This document shows, one piece after another, positions 1 through 9,600 of a DNA stretch of 64,000 bases. The translations under genes and the position numbers were made by a program. Source of the stretch: Thermovirgaceae bacterium (GTDB taxonomy: Bacteria; Synergistota; Synergistia; Synergistales; Thermovirgaceae); contig JAXGNU010000002.1 in NCBI GenBank assembly GCA_040767805.1, positions 1 to 64,000 on the forward strand. Direction: 5' to 3'. Numbering within the stretch: position 1 is the first letter of the stretch; every line of letters begins with the position of its first letter. The notes under the pieces were generated by a model. It saw only the letters and a program-made list of their open reading frames with translations. It had not been told where the DNA came from and ran no database searches.

Positions 1-848
1 CGGGTGAGGCCCATGAAGACCCGGGGGTAATCGAGAGCATAGCCGACCTCACCGTTAACGCCGATAACATCGCCCGCGGGTACCTCATCATAGCCGCGGC
101 CAAGAAGCTCGGCGCGACGGACTTCGTCCACATTTCCTTCCCCCGCCACATGAGCTACGAACTGCTCTCCCGTCGCCGCAACATCATGGAAGAGGCCTGC
201 AAGGACCTGGGAATAAAATTCCACTTCGAGACAGCTCCTGACCCGACGAGCGACGTCGGTGTCGCCGGGGCCCAGCAGTTTGTCCTGGAAAAGGTCCCGG
301 CCTGGCTTGAAAAATACGGCGACAAGACCGCCTTCTTCTGCACGAATGACGCCCATACCGAGCCCCTGCTGAAGAGGATCGCCGAGGGCGGCGGCTTCTT
401 CATCGAAGCGGACCTTCCCTCCCCCCTCATGGGCTATCCCGGCGCCCTGGGCGTTGAACTGGCCGATGTGAAGGGTGACTTCCCCGCCATCCTCAAGAAG
501 GTCGAACAGGCCGTCATCGACCACGGCGGATCGGGCCGCATGGGCACCTGGGCGTATTCCTACGGCTACACCAACTCGGTCGCCCTGGCCGAATTCGGCC
601 ACAAGATGGTGACCGCCGGCATCGACGCCAAGAACTTCGCCCGCAATTTCAAACCCCAGGATCTCTTCGATGTCTACTCCAAGGCCACCCCGGGAGCTGA
701 GTGGAACGGGAACTACTACACTGATATCCAGACGGGGGTAGTTAAAAAGAACCACGTCCTCCTTTACCAGGATACTTACATTTTCGGCAAGGGTTACCTG
801 GATATGACCAGCGTCCAGGTGCCGGAGAAATACCTGACCTTCAAATAA
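1..848 (+). CDS. DUF3798-family extracytoplasmic solute-binding protein of ABC transporter (5' partial)
   Basis: Frame is open from the window edge (GEAHEDPGVIES...HISFPRHMSYELLSRRR...), so the ORF-track start at 150 is internal; FFCTNDAHTEPL and PSPLMGYPGALG motifs; lies upstream of ABC ATPase and permeases. Confidence 0.8.
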   Translation, partial: GEAHEDPGVIESIADLTVNADNIARGYLIIAAAKKLGATDFVHISFPRHMSYELLSRRRNIMEEACKDLGIKFHFETAPDPTSDVGVAGAQQFVLEKVPAWLEKYGDKTAFFCTNDAHTEPLLKRIAEGGGFFIEADLPSPLMGYPGALGVELADVKGDFPAILKKVEQAVIDHGGSGRMGTWAYSYGYTNSVALAEFGHKMVTAGIDAKNFARNFKPQDLFDVYSKATPGAEWNGNYYTDIQTGVVKKNHVLLYQDTYIFGKGYLDMTSVQVPEKYLTFK

Positions 849-862
849 AAGCCCTTTGCTTA

Positions 863-893
863 GGGGGAGGGGGATTCCCCCTCCCCTTTTTTT
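863..893 (+). terminator. Intrinsic terminator/stabilising hairpin after binding-protein gene
   Basis: GGGGAGGGGG-ATT-CCCCCTCCCC followed by T7. Confidence 0.8.
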
Positions 894-998
894 GCCCGGT
901 TCCCTTCTTTCGCCGGCGGCTTCTTCTTTCTCAAGCCCTTGGGCTTCGGTTACTATATCGATTATGAAAACGCACTACCTGCTAGAGAGGTGAAATGC

Positions 999-2603
999 AT
1001 GGCCTTGGAGCCCCTTTTGAATGTCAGGGGAATCAGCAAGTCCTTCAACCACAACAAAGTCTTGAAAAATGTATCCTTCAGCCTGGAAAAGGGAAAGATA
1101 CTGGGGTTGGTGGGAGAGAACGGCGCAGGAAAATCGACCTTGATGAATATTCTCTTCGGCATGACGGTGATCCACGAGACCGGAGGGTACGAGGGCACCA
1201 TCTCGATAGAAGGGAAAAAGGTAAGGTTCGCCAGCCCCTTCGACGCCCTGGAAGCCGGGATAGGCATGGTGCACCAGGAATTCTCTCTCATCCCCGGTTT
1301 CACGGTGACCGAGAATATCGTCCTCAACAGGGAATCGACAAAATACAACTTCCTCGTCGAGGCTTACGGCGACCGCATGAAAACCCTCGACAGGGAAGAC
1401 ATGGACCGCAGGAGCCGTGAAGCGATCGGCAAGTTGAAGGTGGGCCTGGACCCGGCCCTTGCCGTTTCGGAACTCCCCGTGGGTTACAAGCAGTTTACCG
1501 AGATAGCCCGCGAGATCGATAAGGAGAACACCAAGATACTCGTCCTCGACGAACCTACGGCGACGCTTACCGAATCGGAGGCTGAGATCCTCCTCGATAC
1601 GATGAAGCGCCTAGCCGCCCTCGGGATTTCCATCATTTTCATCTCCCACAGGCTCCAGGAGATCATGGATGTCTGCGACAAGATCATCGTCCTCAGGGAT
1701 GGTGAGGTGGTCGATGATACCACCCCGGGTGAGACGAACATCATGTCCATAGCCACGTCGATGGTCGGGAGGGACATCACCACCGCCTTTGCGGGAAAGG
1801 GCACCAGGGGCCGTAACCTGGGGGAGGTCATCCTCCGGGTGGAGCACCTCTGGGTGGATATGCCCGGGGAAACGGTGAGGGATGTCTCTTTCCAGGTCAG
1901 GGAGCGTGAGATCTTCGGGATAGGGGGCCTCGCCGGCCAGGGAAAACTAGGGATAACGAACGGGATAATGGGGATGTTCCCAGCCGGAGGCTCCGTCTTT
2001 TTCCGGGAGGAACCGATCCGGCTCAACGACCCCACGAGTCCCCTTGAGGCGGGGATATCCGCCGTTTATGAGGACCGGCGGGGAGTGGGCCTTTTGATGG
2101 AAGAACCCATTTCATGGAATATTATCTTCACGGCGCTTCAGATGCAGGAACGGTTCCTCAAGCCGATCCTCGGTGGCCTCGTCAGGATCAGGGACGAATC
2201 GGAAATAACCAGGAGCGCCAGGAATTACATCGATATGCTCAATATAAAATGCCTCAGCGAGAATCAACGCGTCCAGGACCTCTCCGGCGGCAATCAGCAG
2301 AAAGTATGCCTTGCCAAGGCTTTCGAGACAAAACCAAGACTCCTGTTCGTATCGGAGCCGACGAGGGGCATAGATGTCGGCGCCAAAAGAATGGTCCTGG
2401 AAGCACTGAGAAAATACAATGAAGAATACGGAACGACGATCGTGATGGTCTCTTCCGAACTGGAAGAACTGCGCTCCATCTGTGACCGGATAGCGATAAT
2501 CGATTCAGGGCGCATAGCGGGCACGCTCCCAGCTTCGGCTCCCTCGAGGGATTTCGGCGTCCTGATGCTTGGGATAGATGGAAGGGAAAAGAAGGTGGTC
2601 TGA
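999..2603 (+). CDS. Sugar-type (CUT2) ABC transporter ATP-binding protein with two NBDs
   Basis: GENGAGKST Walker A, LDEPT, second-half LSGGNQQKV and EPTRGIDVG; ATG at 999 preceded by GAGGTG. Confidence 0.92.
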   Translation: MALEPLLNVRGISKSFNHNKVLKNVSFSLEKGKILGLVGENGAGKSTLMNILFGMTVIHETGGYEGTISIEGKKVRFASPFDALEAGIGMVHQEFSLIPGFTVTENIVLNRESTKYNFLVEAYGDRMKTLDREDMDRRSREAIGKLKVGLDPALAVSELPVGYKQFTEIAREIDKENTKILVLDEPTATLTESEAEILLDTMKRLAALGISIIFISHRLQEIMDVCDKIIVLRDGEVVDDTTPGETNIMSIATSMVGRDITTAFAGKGTRGRNLGEVILRVEHLWVDMPGETVRDVSFQVREREIFGIGGLAGQGKLGITNGIMGMFPAGGSVFFREEPIRLNDPTSPLEAGISAVYEDRRGVGLLMEEPISWNIIFTALQMQERFLKPILGGLVRIRDESEITRSARNYIDMLNIKCLSENQRVQDLSGGNQQKVCLAKAFETKPRLLFVSEPTRGIDVGAKRMVLEALRKYNEEYGTTIVMVSSELEELRSICDRIAIIDSGRIAGTLPASAPSRDFGVLMLGIDGREKKVV

Positions 2604-2605
2604 CA

Positions 2606-3649
2606 GTGGGCGGGATAAGGAAATTCATCGAAAATGCGGGCTGGCCGAGGATAATCATCGGCCTCTTCCTGTTCTCCCTTTTCATCATCGCCCCCTTCGT
2701 CAGGGTCCGGATCGACGCGTCGGTGAGCGACACCCTCGTCAGGTTCGGCATGAACGGTGTGATGGTACTGGCAATGGTACCGATGATCGTATCGGGGTGC
2801 GGGCTGAACTTCGGCCTCCCCCTCGGTATAATCGCCGGCCTGCTCGGGGCGGTCACCAGCATAGAGATAGGGATCCCCGGAATACCGGGAGTACTGATCG
2901 CAATGGCGATATCCTTGCCGATAGCCGTCGTCCTGGGGTGGGGTTACGGCCTCCTCCTGAACAGGGTAAAGGGCAGCGAGATGATGATCGCGACCTACGT
3001 GGGCTTCTCTTCCGTGGCCTTCATGTGCATCATGTGGCTCGTGCTCCCCTACAAAAGCTCCAACATGGTCTGGGGCTACGCCGGCAAGGGCCTCCGAACG
3101 ACGATCGCCGTGGAGGGGTTCTGGCACCAGGCCATCAGCGACATCGGGTCTTTCAGCATCGGACAATTTTTTTACGTTCCCACGGGAATGTTCCTCTTCT
3201 TCGCCCTCCTCTGCGGGTTCATGTGGGTTTTCATGAGGACCAGGACCGGCACGGCCATGACCACCGTGGGGTCAAACCCCGAATACGCCAGGGCTTCCGG
3301 GGTCAACATCGACAGGATGAGGACCTTGTCGGTGATATTATCGACCGTCCTGGGCGCGATAGGGATCATTGTCTACCAGCAGAGCTTCGGTTTCGTTCAG
3401 CTTTACATGGGTCCTTTCTACATGGCCTTCCCGGCGGTGTCGGCGATACTTATCGGCGGGGCCTCGGTCCACAGGGCCAGCATCCTGAACGTGATAATTG
3501 GGACATTCCTTTTCCAGGGGATCCTGACGATGACCCCCTCGGTGATAAACAGCATGATCCAGACGGACATGTCGGAGGTCATCAGGATAATCGTATCTAA
3601 CGGGATGATCCTCTACGCGCTGACACGAACCGTGAAGGTGAAACCATGA
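2606..3649 (+). CDS. ABC transporter permease (CUT2/BPD_transp_2 type)
   Basis: Multiple hydrophobic segments; G.NPEYARASG and ILIGGAS motifs; operon context. Confidence 0.88.
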   Translation: MGGIRKFIENAGWPRIIIGLFLFSLFIIAPFVRVRIDASVSDTLVRFGMNGVMVLAMVPMIVSGCGLNFGLPLGIIAGLLGAVTSIEIGIPGIPGVLIAMAISLPIAVVLGWGYGLLLNRVKGSEMMIATYVGFSSVAFMCIMWLVLPYKSSNMVWGYAGKGLRTTIAVEGFWHQAISDIGSFSIGQFFYVPTGMFLFFALLCGFMWVFMRTRTGTAMTTVGSNPEYARASGVNIDRMRTLSVILSTVLGAIGIIVYQQSFGFVQLYMGPFYMAFPAVSAILIGGASVHRASILNVIIGTFLFQGILTMTPSVINSMIQTDMSEVIRIIVSNGMILYALTRTVKVKP

Positions 3650-4746
3650 ACAAAAAAGCCGATCTCCTTAAGCATTACCTCATCCAGAATGCAGTACCCA
3701 TCCTGTTTATCGCCGTAAGCGCCTTCGCGATCCCGATATCGCAGTTTTCCGGGACCTACCTGGTCCAGGAAATGCTGGTACGCCTTTCCAGGAACTCCTT
3801 CCTCGTACTCTCGCTACTCATCCCTATCATGGCGGGCATGGGCCTGAACTTCGGCATGGTCCTCGGCGCGATGGCAGGCCAGATAGGCCTGATATTCATG
3901 AGCGACTGGAGCGTTGTAGGTGTCCCGGGGGTCATCCTGGCGGCCATCATTTCCACCCCCCTCGCGATCGCCCTGGGTTGGCTGTGCGGAACCATCCTCA
4001 ACCTCGCGAAGGGCCGCGAAATGGTCACTTCCTTCATCCTCGGGTTTTTCATGAACGGAGTGTACCAGCTGGTCGTCCTTTACGGTTTCGGCAGCGTCGT
4101 TCCGATGACTAACCCCGCCATGGTGCTCTCAAGAGGTTTCGGCATAAGGAATGTGACCAACCTGGAGGGCATCAGGAAGTGCCTCGACAACCTCATGCCC
4201 TTGAACATCCTCGGGATAGACATTCCCCTGGCTACGTTCCTCATCATTGGGCTTTTCTGCCTCTTCGTCCTTTGGTTCCGGGGAACGAAACTGGGGCAGG
4301 ACATGAGGGCCGTAGGCCAGGACATGAAGGTGGCGGGGGACGCCGGTATACCCGTCGAGCGCACGCGGCTGATAGCGATAATCATCTCCACCGTCCTCGC
4401 CTGCTACGGCCAGATCATTTTCCTCCAGAACATCGGCACGATGAACACCTATAACAGCCACGAACAGGCGGGGATGTTCGCCATCGCCTCTCTTCTAGTG
4501 GGCGGCGCAAGCGTGTCCAGGGCGTCGATCTTCAACGTGTTCCTTGGCGTGGTCCTTTTCCACCTGATGTTCGTCGTCTCCCCCATGGCCGGCAAGTACC
4601 TGATCGGCGAGGCCCAGCTCGGGGAGTATTTCAGGGTTTTCGTGTCCTACGGGATCATTTCCCTGGCCCTGGTACTTCACGCCTGGCGCCGGCAGAAGGA
4701 CCGCGAGCGCGCCCGCCGCAGCCTTCGCGGCGCCGCCGGGGAATAG
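3646..4746 (+). CDS. ABC transporter permease (CUT2/BPD_transp_2 type)
   Basis: Hydrophobic paralog of the preceding permease (GLNFG, RAVGQD...AG, LVGGAS); ATGA overlap. Confidence 0.88.
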   Translation: MNKKADLLKHYLIQNAVPILFIAVSAFAIPISQFSGTYLVQEMLVRLSRNSFLVLSLLIPIMAGMGLNFGMVLGAMAGQIGLIFMSDWSVVGVPGVILAAIISTPLAIALGWLCGTILNLAKGREMVTSFILGFFMNGVYQLVVLYGFGSVVPMTNPAMVLSRGFGIRNVTNLEGIRKCLDNLMPLNILGIDIPLATFLIIGLFCLFVLWFRGTKLGQDMRAVGQDMKVAGDAGIPVERTRLIAIIISTVLACYGQIIFLQNIGTMNTYNSHEQAGMFAIASLLVGGASVSRASIFNVFLGVVLFHLMFVVSPMAGKYLIGEAQLGEYFRVFVSYGIISLALVLHAWRRQKDRERARRSLRGAAGE

Positions 4747-4758
4747 GAGAACGAAGCC

Positions 4759-5148
4759 ATGAAGCCAAGACAGATCCTCGTGAACCTGGCCATCATAGCA
4801 ATGATGGCGTTCGTTGCCTTCATCAGTTACATGAACGGGAAGACGAGCATGATCTACGTGGAGAACCTTCCCTTTGAAACGGGGGCCGCGGCCTACCCGG
4901 CCTTCGAGGCCGCGATGGTCGGCGTGGGAGGCGGCCCACCGCCTCTTTTCCTCGAGGAGGGTGATCGCGACGTCCTCACGATCGTGGGCCGGACCCATGT
5001 CCTCCTGATCGAGGAACTCGACAGCAACGACAATGTGGTCAACACCTACAGGGTCACTTTTAAAAACAGCGAATTGAAGGGTAAGGTCGTCAACATCGTC
5101 CCCCTCTCCCACGGGAAACTGCCGGGTTGGAGCTACCCCTTGGACTGA
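4759..5148 (+). CDS. Small membrane-anchored protein associated with the DUF3798 transporter (DUF6672-like)
   Basis: N-terminal TM helix, AGGAG RBS, operonic with the transporter; family name from recall only. Confidence 0.6.
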   Translation: MKPRQILVNLAIIAMMAFVAFISYMNGKTSMIYVENLPFETGAAAYPAFEAAMVGVGGGPPPLFLEEGDRDVLTIVGRTHVLLIEELDSNDNVVNTYRVTFKNSELKGKVVNIVPLSHGKLPGWSYPLD

Positions 5149-5181
5149 CCGGGCGGGCGGGGAGCGCAAAGGAGACCCGAT

Positions 5182-6570
5182 ATGGGATACGATACCCTGC
5201 TTGAAAAGTACAGGCCTCTATTGATCTCGAACCTCCAGGACATGGTCCGCATCAGGAGCGTGGGGTCCACGCCCCTGGAAGGGAAGCCCTTCGGGGAGGG
5301 CGTACACCAGGCCCTTAACCTGGCCCTTGAGACGGCCTCAGACCTCGGTTTCCGGGCGGTGAACCGCGACGGAATGATCGGTTACGCCGAGTACGGCTCG
5401 GGGAAGGAGATGGTGGCCGTCCTCGGCCACCTCGACGTGGTACCCGAAGGCAAGGGCTGGACCTACCCTCCCTTCGGCGCGGAGATCCACGACGGAAAGA
5501 TGTACGGTCGCGGGACCACCGATGACAAGGGGCCGACCGTGGCCGCCCTCTGGGCCCTGAAGATCCTCTCCGACGAGGGGCACCGGCTGTCCAGGAGGAT
5601 AAGGATCATCTTCGGCACCAACGAGGAAAGCGGCTTCCGGGGCATCAAGTGGTACGCCGCCAACGAGGAAGCCCCCGTAGCGGGCTTCACCCCCGACATA
5701 CCGGAGGGGATCGTTCATGCCGAGAAGGGCGGCCTCCATATCCGGATCGATGTACCTGTCGGCGTCAACGACGCGACCCGGCTGGTCTCCTTCCGGGCGG
5801 GGGAGGCCGTAAATATTGTCCCCGACCGGTGCGAGGCCGTTTTTGCCGGGGACCCGCGGGCCCTCGATGACTGGGCGAAGGTCCTCCGCGGCGCTGTCGG
5901 GGCCATGCCTCAGGGCGGTGAGGTGCTTTTCGAAAAGGGGGCCCTTACCGTAAGGGCTTTCGGCAAGGCGGCCCACGCGAGCCTCCCCGAAAAGGGCGAG
6001 AACGCCATTGCGGCTCTCTGCCGGCTGATCGATTCCACCCCTCCTCTCGGCGGGCCTTTCGAGGCCTTCAAGGTCTTATCGGGGCTGCTGGAAGACCCGA
6101 GGTTCGGTTCCAGCCTGGGGATAGCCATGAGCGATGACGTCTCCGGCCCGCTGACGTGCAACCCCGGTCTGGCTTCTTTTTCAAAGGATGTCCTCTCGGT
6201 GTCCCTCGATATCAGGCATTCGGTGACGATCAAGGGCGACCTGGTGGCTGAAAGACTGAAGGAACGGCTGGCCCCGCTCGGCCTCGTCCCCGTGGAGACC
6301 TCGAGGTACAGCCCCCTCTTCGTCCCTAAGGATTCACCCCTGATCAGGGACCTCAGTGAGGCTTTTTTCGAGGCTACGGGGAAGCACCCGGAAGTGATGG
6401 CTATCGGCGGTGGGACCTATGCCAAGGCCCTCCCGAACGTGGTGGCCTTCTCCCCTTTCCCCGCGGGCCTTATGGACCTGGCCCACCAAGCCGATGAACA
6501 CATCGGGATCGAGGACCTTTTGTCCTCCGTCCTGGTGCTCAAGATCGCCATGCTCAAGCTGGCGAGGTGA
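5182..6570 (+). CDS. pepV: M20 family dipeptidase, PepV-like
   Basis: GHLDVVP, GRGTTDDKG, NEESG, GGGTYAK and HQADE motifs. Confidence 0.85.
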   Translation: MGYDTLLEKYRPLLISNLQDMVRIRSVGSTPLEGKPFGEGVHQALNLALETASDLGFRAVNRDGMIGYAEYGSGKEMVAVLGHLDVVPEGKGWTYPPFGAEIHDGKMYGRGTTDDKGPTVAALWALKILSDEGHRLSRRIRIIFGTNEESGFRGIKWYAANEEAPVAGFTPDIPEGIVHAEKGGLHIRIDVPVGVNDATRLVSFRAGEAVNIVPDRCEAVFAGDPRALDDWAKVLRGAVGAMPQGGEVLFEKGALTVRAFGKAAHASLPEKGENAIAALCRLIDSTPPLGGPFEAFKVLSGLLEDPRFGSSLGIAMSDDVSGPLTCNPGLASFSKDVLSVSLDIRHSVTIKGDLVAERLKERLAPLGLVPVETSRYSPLFVPKDSPLIRDLSEAFFEATGKHPEVMAIGGGTYAKALPNVVAFSPFPAGLMDLAHQADEHIGIEDLLSSVLVLKIAMLKLAR

Positions 6571-6590
6571 GGTCCCGCTCACCCGCCGTC

Positions 6591-7127
6591 TCAGGCCGGT
6601 TTGAACCGGTTCCTGTGGATCTTCCGGAAGGACAGGCCTTCTTTAGGGGTGGGGCGTTTCTCCTCGGAGGGATGGCCCACGGCGATGACGCACAGCACCC
6701 TGAGATCGTTGGGGATGCCTAAAAGACCCCTGACATAATCCTCGGCCGTCTCGCCGGGGGCGTGCTCCCTGTTTCGGACCTGGGACCAGCACGACCCGAG
6801 GCCCAGGCCTACGGCGGCAAGTTGGGCTATGATCGCCGCCAGGGACGAGTCCTCGACCCAGGTGTCGGTGACCTTATCATTTCCCAGGACGACAATGCCC
6901 AGGGACGCGCCCCCGAGGAAGGCCGAATTGCTCCCCCTGGTGGCGGCAAGCCTGTTCAGTAGTTCCCGGTCGTCGACGAAAACGAACTCCCAAGACCTGG
7001 TGTCTCTCCCCGTGGGACTCCGGAGTACGGCCTCCTCCAGGGCAGCCACCTGTTCGTCCGAAAGGGGACGGTCCTGGTACCGCCTGATACTTCTTCGTTC
7101 TCTCAACAGCTCCATCAGGTCCTTCAT
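6591..7127 (-). CDS. Nitroreductase family flavoprotein
   Basis: RRSIRRY, W.F.FV, GLGSCW and AVGHP motifs; ATG at 7127 after AAGGAG. Confidence 0.88.
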   Translation of the reverse strand: MKDLMELLRERRSIRRYQDRPLSDEQVAALEEAVLRSPTGRDTRSWEFVFVDDRELLNRLAATRGSNSAFLGGASLGIVVLGNDKVTDTWVEDSSLAAIIAQLAAVGLGLGSCWSQVRNREHAPGETAEDYVRGLLGIPNDLRVLCVIAVGHPSEEKRPTPKEGLSFRKIHRNRFKPA

Positions 7128-7171
7128 TTCCACCACTCCTTTTGAAAGAGTCCCCGCCTGCCGGGGAAATG

Positions 7172-7197
7172 GAAAAGGGGCGGCTTCCGCCACCCCT
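7172..7197 (-). terminator. Probable intrinsic terminator of candidate sRNA/leader
   Basis: Minus strand AGGGGTGGC-GGAA-GCCGCCCCT-TTT; the G.U pair works only on the minus strand; U-tract is short. Confidence 0.6.
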
Positions 7198-7388
7198 ATA
7201 TTACCTTGGTCGGGTTTTCCGGCGCAGAGACACTTCAAGCAACCACTCCCTGTTCCGTCAAAAACCGTTCCTCGTTACTGGAGCATTACACTTCCAATCT
7301 GGACCGTGATACTTCTGCCGTTGCTCCTTCACTTCCCAAACCGCTTTTCAAGCCGGAAAACCCGACTTCGGGGGCACTTCTCCCCGAT
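7172..7388 (-). ncRNA. Candidate novel small RNA (or long regulatory leader of the nitroreductase gene), ~215 nt
   Basis: Promoter at 7395-7423; 5' hairpin at 7368-7387; perfect 15-bp inverted repeat 7209-7223/7352-7366; six GAAGT motifs; terminator-like hairpin at 7172-7197; no credible ORF. Confidence 0.6.
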
Positions 7389-7394
7389 AACAGG

Positions 7395-7423
7395 ATAATA
7401 CAACAACCCCGAAAGAAAATCAA
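7395..7423 (-). promoter_or_regulatory. Sigma70-type promoter
   Basis: TTGATT-17 nt-TATTAT on the minus strand, A at predicted +1 (7388). Confidence 0.7.
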
Positions 7424-7524
7424 GGGGCAGGAGATACAGGATCGCTTTCGCCTGAGGGAAGGGTGAAAAGAGTGAAACCCCGCCGACAGGAGGTCCTGAA
7501 GGCCAGGACCCTTGCCGCTCCAAT

Positions 7525-7551
7525 AAAAAAATGCGGTCCCAGACCGCATTT
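7525..7551 (-). terminator. Intrinsic terminator ending the 16S-tRNA transcript
   Basis: Minus strand AAATGCGGTC-TGG-GACCGCATTT-TTTT about 20 nt after the tRNA-Ala CCA; a second ATGCGGTCC copy at 7556-7564. Confidence 0.8.
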
Positions 7552-7573
7552 AGGAGGACCGCATATTTATTTT

Positions 7574-7648
7574 TGGTGGAGATGATCGGATTCGAACCGA
7601 CGACTTCCTGCGTGCAAGGCAGGCGCTCTCCCACTGAGCTACATCCCC
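7574..7648 (-). tRNA. tRNA-Ala (TGC)
   Basis: GGGGATGTAGCTCAGTGGGAGAGCGCCTGCCTTGCACGCAGG...GGTTCGAATCC...TCCACCA cloverleaf with encoded CCA. Confidence 0.97.
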
Positions 7649-7656
7649 GATCAGAC

Positions 7657-7733
7657 TGGTGGGCCGAGGAGGATTCGAACCTCCGACCTCACGGTTATCA
7701 GCCGTGTGCTCTAGCCACCTGAGCTATCGGCCC
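7657..7733 (-). tRNA. tRNA-Ile (GAT)
   Basis: GGGCCGATAGCTCAGGTGGCTAGAGCACACGGCTGATAACCGTG...GGTTCGAATCC...CCCACCA. Confidence 0.97.
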
Positions 7734-7781
7734 AAAAAAAGAAACAGCGTACATGAACAGGCGGACAATATGCATAGTGCT

Positions 7782-9393
<1,612 letters not shown>

Positions 9394-9419
9394 TATCCTA
9401 ACTGGGTCCCACTCTATTC

Positions 9420-9468
9420 TGTACGCTGTATTCTTTTTTCAAGGTACTGTCGCCCTTTATGGGCGACG
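9420..9468 (-). promoter_or_regulatory. rRNA leader: boxB-like hairpin, boxA-like motif and 16S processing-stem arm
   Basis: GTCGCCC-ATAAA-GGGCGAC hairpin, then GTACCTTGAAAA; 9420-9439 is complementary to the trailer at 7735-7753. Confidence 0.7.
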
Positions 9469-9474
9469 GCGAAA

Positions 9475-9503
9475 AATATACCATGCATCGGGAGTTAGTG
9501 CAA
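9475..9503 (-). promoter_or_regulatory. rRNA promoter
   Basis: TTGCAC-17 nt-TATATT with extended -10 TG. Confidence 0.75.
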
Positions 9504-9600
9504 GCGTTTAAAAACCGGTCCTTCGTAAAATGCCCTTTTTTTGGTATTCTTCTATGGTCCATCGTTCCCTTGGGCGTTAACGGTTAAACCAGGAGGCGGC

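Noticed and set aside
7172..7200. T-box-like AGGGGTGG upstream of the nitroreductase
   Set aside because: Lacks the UGGNACC bulge and stem I motifs; folds as a simple hairpin
7224..7351. 128-nt interior as a divergent 5S rRNA
   Set aside because: Similar size and contains GAAGUG, but lacks CCGAAC and the 5S helix pattern
7209..7366. MITE interpretation of the 15-bp inverted repeat
   Set aside because: No target-site duplication, no second copy noticed and no transposase in the window; the flanking promoter and terminator favour an RNA (not fully excluded)
7232..7380. CRISPR array from the recurring ACTTC motif
   Set aside because: Repeats are only 5-6 nt and irregularly spaced; no cas genes
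6829..7634. ORFs across the 7.2-7.5 kb intergenic region
   Set aside because: No RBS or recognisable motifs; they overlap the nitroreductase, promoter, terminators or tRNA
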